From Setoptus koraiensis (Eukaryota > Animalia > Arthropoda), in assembly GCA_048013815.1 (NCBI GenBank), contig CM106586.1, forward strand, positions 23,312,001 to 23,376,000: a DNA stretch of 64,000 bases, given 5' to 3'. Positions 58,794-64,000 of the stretch are shown here, piece by piece. The notes beneath the pieces were generated by a model. The model saw only the letters and a list, made by a program, of their open reading frames with translations. It was not told the origin of the DNA and made no database searches. How positions within the stretch are numbered: the first letter of the stretch is position 1; each line of letters starts with the position of its first letter. The translations under genes were made by a program, and so were the position numbers.

Positions 58794-59326
58794 TAAGATT
58801 CATCCCTTAGAAATTAGCTCGCTTATCTAACCCAATTAAACAAAATATATCCCATGTGTGTAGTCTTATTTATTCAATTAGTTAATACCTTATTAAACTG
58901 AATCTCTGCGTAAATGCATGCCCCGCAAAGGGGGCCTCTCTGACCTTCCGGCATCTTCCGAACAGTTTCAACTTGTTAGTGTTTTTTTCTTCCTTTTAGT
59001 GATCTGGTGAGGTGGGGAGGTCTTCCTTCTGCGATTCTTTTTTTTTTTTTTTAAATGAAAAATTTTTTTGTTGTCGCTCATTTGAATCGCGCGCTTCTGG
59101 CCAAGTTCTGCTGACAGTTGTTCACATGTGTGCAAACCGATAACAATTGGGGCCTTGTTTACATTTGTGTACATTTGTGCCACTGTTACATCGCACATTT
59201 GTTGCATAATTAATTTGCGTCGATCAAAACTATTACATAGCCAGGTATTTTCGCCTCACAACTAGTACATTCTGGCTCACAAACCATTTACATCGCTAGT
59301 ATTCATCATGTTTCAATTCGTTTATA

Positions 59327-59680
59327 ATGTCCAAATCCGTTGGTAGTCAGCCAGCGTCAGGTAGCAGTATTTATAAAGAATTTTGCTCAGGCATGATAGA
59401 TGAAAGTCGTGAGACTATTAGAATAATTGGTAGTATAGCCAGAAAAATATCTCGTGGTTCATCGGCGTCATCACATTGGAGTCACCATCATCCAAGCACT
59501 GTCACTAGTAGTAGTCATATTATTAGATCGGCCACTAGTGATACATTGAATCGGGCAGCCAACGATTTTTGTCTGTTGGACCCGTTATTAGATAATATAG
59601 AAAATAATCTGAACAAAGTGTGCGCACTAACCAAAATTGAAGATTTATCAGTCAAGACGTCATCCACTTCGTCCATCTGA
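59327..59680 (+). CDS. BORCS7: BLOC-1-related complex subunit 7-like protein
   Basis: IARKISRGS…SDTLNRAANDFCLLDPLLDNIENNLNKV resembles, from memory, BORCS7 LTKQVLKGSRSSELLGQAARNMVLQEDAILHSEDSLRKM. Size is compatible. Confidence 0.5.
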   Translation: MSKSVGSQPASGSSIYKEFCSGMIDESRETIRIIGSIARKISRGSSASSHWSHHHPSTVTSSSHIIRSATSDTLNRAANDFCLLDPLLDNIENNLNKVCALTKIEDLSVKTSSTSSI

Positions 59681-59850
59681 AATTGAATCTCATCTGCATC
59701 ATAATCATCAATATATCTGCGAGTTATCAATTTATACTGGCTCTCACAATCATATTGAATCTCTACAATTGTATTGTCAGGTGTTCAATTTATGTCAAAC
59801 AACCAACATTGGCGAGACTATTGTCACACCAACAATCACCATCGAACAAT

Positions 59851-60300
59851 ATGACTTCTCAGAATTTAGATCAGGTGAGTAGTAAATCGTTTAGCACAAT
59901 GTTGATGCTCTTATCGACCATCTCTTCCTAATTATGATCAAATTTCGACTTCTATCCACAGATACCTAGTGTCGATATAGAAACTGGTCGCTTCAAGTAC
60001 ATTTTGATCAAAGTGACGGACAACACAACAAAAGCAGAAAAGTATATTGTGCGTGGTTACAAATCTTGTGCCTATCATGGGGATATATTTGACAAAGTTG
60101 AGCCTACCATCACAAAACTAGGATGCAGTGCCATGTGTCCAGGCGGTGGTCGCATATTTCACGATGCTGCAGCAAAATCAATCCTGATCTATGGTTACTC
60201 CCAAGGTTTTGGACGAGCCGACCACACCATAACCCATAAACTAGTCTTGGAGAAATACCCCAACTACAAAGATATTCAATGGTCCAACGAGGGCTACTAG
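59851..60300 (+). CDS. PHPT1: 14 kDa phosphohistidine phosphatase (janus/ocnus family); exons 59851-59874 and 59962-60300
   Basis: CAG|GTGAGT donor and CACAG| acceptor (87 bp intron) give MTSQNLDQIPSVDIETGRFKYILIKV…RGY..CAYHGDIFD…CPGGGRIFHD…IYGYSQGFGRADH. Confidence 0.95.
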
Positions 60301-60642
60301 ATAAATTAGCTTCAACACATTGTATCAACTTCTGCGCTTGGATACCACTGATAGAAGATGGTGGAAAATAGACAGCCTACTTGTTAAAAACAGTAATGGG
60401 TAGTGCATGTTATCATATATATATATGCCTCTTTCACTATAGCCAAAAAACACCCATCTAACATATTGTTAGAAATACTGTGTTGAGGATTGACTAAACA
60501 AAAGGTGTTGGATATTGGTCGGCGCGCGCCTTGAATCAACTTTTGAGATTGGATCTTTGAAAAATAAATAAACACTAGAAAATTGCAATTGAAATCACTT
60601 GCTCATAATTTTTGGTTCCAAAGCTTTGATATTTATGACACT

Positions 60643-63303
60643 ATGGTTACACCACTGTTAGACAGTGACCGCGTCGCTGTTAGTGAGGCCGTCACAACAA
60701 CTGCCTTCGACTGGAGTTGCTATGAGAATCGTAATATTAGCTTGAAAAAACTCAGAAATGATGGAGTACATTTAGACACGATTCTCGAATCGTGCGATGG
60801 TGAGAAGCATGCGGTTCATTGGCAAGTAATGTCAGCACTTTGTCCCAAGGTGCTAGAATACTCTAAAAATGTAAGCAATTCAATAAATAACGATGATAGA
60901 AGACACTTCTCGATTGACCTTCATAACGGAGCAACTCGTAGAAGCTGTACAAAACCTAAATACAAATTATTATTACCTAACGATATTAACGGAAATCAAT
61001 TGGTTGCACTGATAGAATGTGCCTATTCTGGGCTAATACAATTGGACAATTTCAGTTTGATTTCCATTTACAAGATATCAATAAAATACAATATAATGGA
61101 AATAATAGACGCCTGTTGTACTTATATGATGCAAGGCTTAAATGTTTACAATTGTGTTAAATTGTTTCTGTTAGCCAAAAAACATAACCATCCGTTACAA
61201 TATGCAGCTTGGAATATGATACGATACAATTTTAGATTGATTCTATTCGTAAATCAAGATATACAATTAATACCATTGAGCTACTACGAGTCATTACTTA
61301 AAGATGATCATCTCAAAATTGAAGACGATGAAGAATTTGTTTGGGTGGCTATCGTAAGATGGTTTCAATCGCAACCATTAACTCACCAGGAGCACTTTAT
61401 GTTGTTCATCAATAACGATCGTGATCAAAATGAAACAAACAACAATAGTATTATTGATACTAATAGTATTAGAGCGTATAGTACAAAATTAGTAGGATCA
61501 ACCTCCGATACAATTACGGAACGAACAAATAAATCACTGAAATTGTCATCAACAGAAAACGGTCGAACACATTCAGAGTATCTATCAACAGCACCTATGC
61601 GCCAGTTTCCGTTTTCAGCTATTTCCAGTCAGCAAACGAATGGGGCAATAAGATGCGTTTCAAACAATGGCAAGTCATTAGACTTGATACAATTACCACA
61701 TTCACAGCAACAGGTGACAAATAGACGAAAACGACAGATTAACCAATGCGATGACGCAACCATAGATCAAGATAAGCCATATCAGATGGAGAAAAGTCAA
61801 TCATTGATGAAAGATGAAGCCAGTCTTATAAGGTTACTAAATTGTTTACGTTATGACAAGTTTCATTCACGAGAGACATTCGATTGTATTCTAGGTCATA
61901 GATTAATTAGATCCAGTTGTAACGCAACAGCATTGGTGAATATGATGCGCCAGAGTTACACGATAATTACAAACAGCTGCAATATTGTTGATGAAACAAG
62001 CAGTGTATTTGAAACTAGATTAACTACTAACGCTAACATCAATAATGCACTTATTCGAACTAGACACACCATTAATGATTCACCCAACAATCGTGGATCT
62101 CATCTGATAGAGAGGCTTATATCGTTTGTGAGAACAACAATGTCACCAAGACGAAGAACTTCCCAAATGAGAAACAATATCAAATATCAAACCAAATCAC
62201 ATTGTGGTCTCATATCGGCGCCAGCTTCAACAGGTAGTCTAATTGACCAATTTGTGAGTAGACCAAGAATACCGAGTTCGGTGGCGTTTTTGATTGGTGG
62301 CTGGCAGCATGGCATGGCCAGCAAATCAATTTGGTCCTATGATTTTGTCCACGATAGATGGTTCAAGCTAAGGTTGCGTCTACCCGAGCCTAGGGCTTAC
62401 CATTCGAGCGAATTAATCGGGGATTTAATTTATATAATTGGTGGCACAAATGGTCGCCACTATCTCGATAGTGTCGTGTGTTTTGATCCGCTCGACACGA
62501 CTAATAAAGCTGCAAATGCATCACATCATAATGTCGATAGCGATAGGGAAGAGCAAAAAATAAACTCTGCCAGTGATAAATTTATAATAAGAAAGAGCAT
62601 GTCGGAGAAGCGATGTTACCTGTCCACTGTTGTTTATTCCAATAATATATTATACGCTTTAGGTGGCCATAATGGTCGTCAGAGACTTCGAACAGCAGAA
62701 TGTTACAATATAGAGACAGATAGTTGGAATTATATAGCCGAAATGACGATAGCACGAAGTAATGCATCAGCTTGTTTGCATGATGAAAAAATATTTATTG
62801 CGGGAGGACAAATAACGGATCAATTCATACAATCTTCGGTGGAATTTTACAAGCCACAAGACGATACATGGACTTTTGTCACCCCAATGCATATACCACG
62901 AATGTCATTCGCTTTAGTATCATACAAATCCTATCTAATGGCTATTGGTGGCTGTAATGGTCTTGGTTTCACTAAAACTGTTGAACGTTTCAATGCACGT
63001 AACTCAAATTGGTCATTGTGTTCGTCCATGCTACATAAACGCTCATCGTTTGCACCTATAATAAATCAAGATAAACTAATGGTCGTTGGCGGATACAATG
63101 GCTTTGCCACTATGAAATATTGTGAATATTTCAATGTTTTGCAGGCAATACAATCGCGTCAGGGCCCCGTGAAATGGACGCAGAAATCAAATTTATTACA
63201 CAATCGTAGTGGTTTCTCTGTTTGTATAATAAGAGTATTGAGTAATGCTCATCATTACACATATCACGGTTACTCAAATGGAGAATCTAATCTACTTAAT
63301 TAA
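60643..63303 (+). CDS. BTB-BACK-Kelch protein, KLHL10-like, intronless; probable start MVTPLL at 60643
   Basis: BTB (CDGEKHAVHWQVMSALCP, LIECAYSG), BACK (LLKDDHLKIEDDEEFVWVAIVRW) and Kelch repeats (LIGGW, IYIIGG, LYALGGHNG.QRLRTAECY, IFIAGG, LMAIGG, LMVVGG). Confidence 0.9.
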   Translation: MVTPLLDSDRVAVSEAVTTTAFDWSCYENRNISLKKLRNDGVHLDTILESCDGEKHAVHWQVMSALCPKVLEYSKNVSNSINNDDRRHFSIDLHNGATRRSCTKPKYKLLLPNDINGNQLVALIECAYSGLIQLDNFSLISIYKISIKYNIMEIIDACCTYMMQGLNVYNCVKLFLLAKKHNHPLQYAAWNMIRYNFRLILFVNQDIQLIPLSYYESLLKDDHLKIEDDEEFVWVAIVRWFQSQPLTHQEHFMLFINNDRDQNETNNNSIIDTNSIRAYSTKLVGSTSDTITERTNKSLKLSSTENGRTHSEYLSTAPMRQFPFSAISSQQTNGAIRCVSNNGKSLDLIQLPHSQQQVTNRRKRQINQCDDATIDQDKPYQMEKSQSLMKDEASLIRLLNCLRYDKFHSRETFDCILGHRLIRSSCNATALVNMMRQSYTIITNSCNIVDETSSVFETRLTTNANINNALIRTRHTINDSPNNRGSHLIERLISFVRTTMSPRRRTSQMRNNIKYQTKSHCGLISAPASTGSLIDQFVSRPRIPSSVAFLIGGWQHGMASKSIWSYDFVHDRWFKLRLRLPEPRAYHSSELIGDLIYIIGGTNGRHYLDSVVCFDPLDTTNKAANASHHNVDSDREEQKINSASDKFIIRKSMSEKRCYLSTVVYSNNILYALGGHNGRQRLRTAECYNIETDSWNYIAEMTIARSNASACLHDEKIFIAGGQITDQFIQSSVEFYKPQDDTWTFVTPMHIPRMSFALVSYKSYLMAIGGCNGLGFTKTVERFNARNSNWSLCSSMLHKRSSFAPIINQDKLMVVGGYNGFATMKYCEYFNVLQAIQSRQGPVKWTQKSNLLHNRSGFSVCIIRVLSNAHHYTYHGYSNGESNLLN

Positions 63304-64000
63304 TCTCATATCAATGTCTTGTATTGTCTTGTCCATGTATAGAGAATAATGTGATTCAATAAATGCAGCTTTTTATATAGAAAAAAAAGTTGGCCATATG
63401 TTTCGACTTGGTCGTTAGTTGTAGTAGGATTAATATTGAGAAGCGGCCAGCCTCACTTACAATCACTTTAGCGACAATGGAGATATTTTACTGCTTGCCG
63501 AAAATCGATCAAATGGCTTACAAGATAAAACTATGACAGGAGATAATATACAACCGTCTTTTGTCATCGGGTGGACGTTTTTGAAAGTAATTTTTTCTAG
63601 ATTCTCTCCTTGAGTCGCTCGCCACCATTGAATTGAAAAGGATATGCGTCGCATTAATTGTCCAATTATTTCATGAATAACGAAAAAGTTTGAAAAAAAG
63701 AATAACCATTTCGACGGTCTACCGTTATAGGAACAGAGTACGAAATTGGATCTGAGTGTGCCTCAAGGGAGGTTTACTTTTTAAGAATTTTCTAATTCAT
63801 TATTGATTAATTATATCAAAAACAAACACGAATTAGCGACTATTCGACTCTTCAATTATTATTTGCTTTGTCGATTGCATGACTTTATTGAAACAGGCAG
63901 TTATGTAATCAACATGCCAACTTACGTACATGCGTGCACTACGATTGAATGGATTCGCAGATTGATCAAAATTGATCATTCTCATTATTTGTCATTATCG

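Noticed and set aside
1-64000. CRISPR arrays, rRNA/tRNA genes, prokaryotic operons or horizontally transferred bacterial genes
   Set aside because: No repeat-spacer arrays or recognisable tRNA/rRNA motifs were seen. Spliceosomal introns and metazoan gene families indicate animal nuclear DNA.

Overview
Eukaryotic, AT-rich, gene-dense, intron-poor arthropod DNA. It is most consistent with a compact acariform mite genome such as an eriophyoid, but this is inference from gene content and intron paucity, not a database match. There is one 500-N gap at 12936-13435. From left to right the window holds: two tandem SLC17/sialin-like MFS transporter genes with four shared introns; three tandem trypsin-like genes with progressively damaged catalytic triads; a 16-39 kb array of six paralogs of an orphan type I membrane protein with Cys caps and a degenerate LRR-like ectodomain (five open frames, one pseudogene, plus a seventh relic at 49.7-50.3 kb). 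The array is interleaved with decayed fragments of the neighbouring ABCC/MRP4-like transporter and interrupted by a ~5.2 kb block with a pancreatic-type lipase and a small 6-Cys secreted peptide. Next come the intact intronless ABCC gene, a serine-less SERHL-like hydrolase, QSOX, a degenerate sepiapterin-reductase-like SDR, an orphan single-pass protein, BORCS7-like, PHPT1 and a KLHL10-like gene. The best candidate for an undescribed system is the recombining receptor-like array and its shared palindromic upstream element. All family calls rest on motif recognition by eye; no searches were run.
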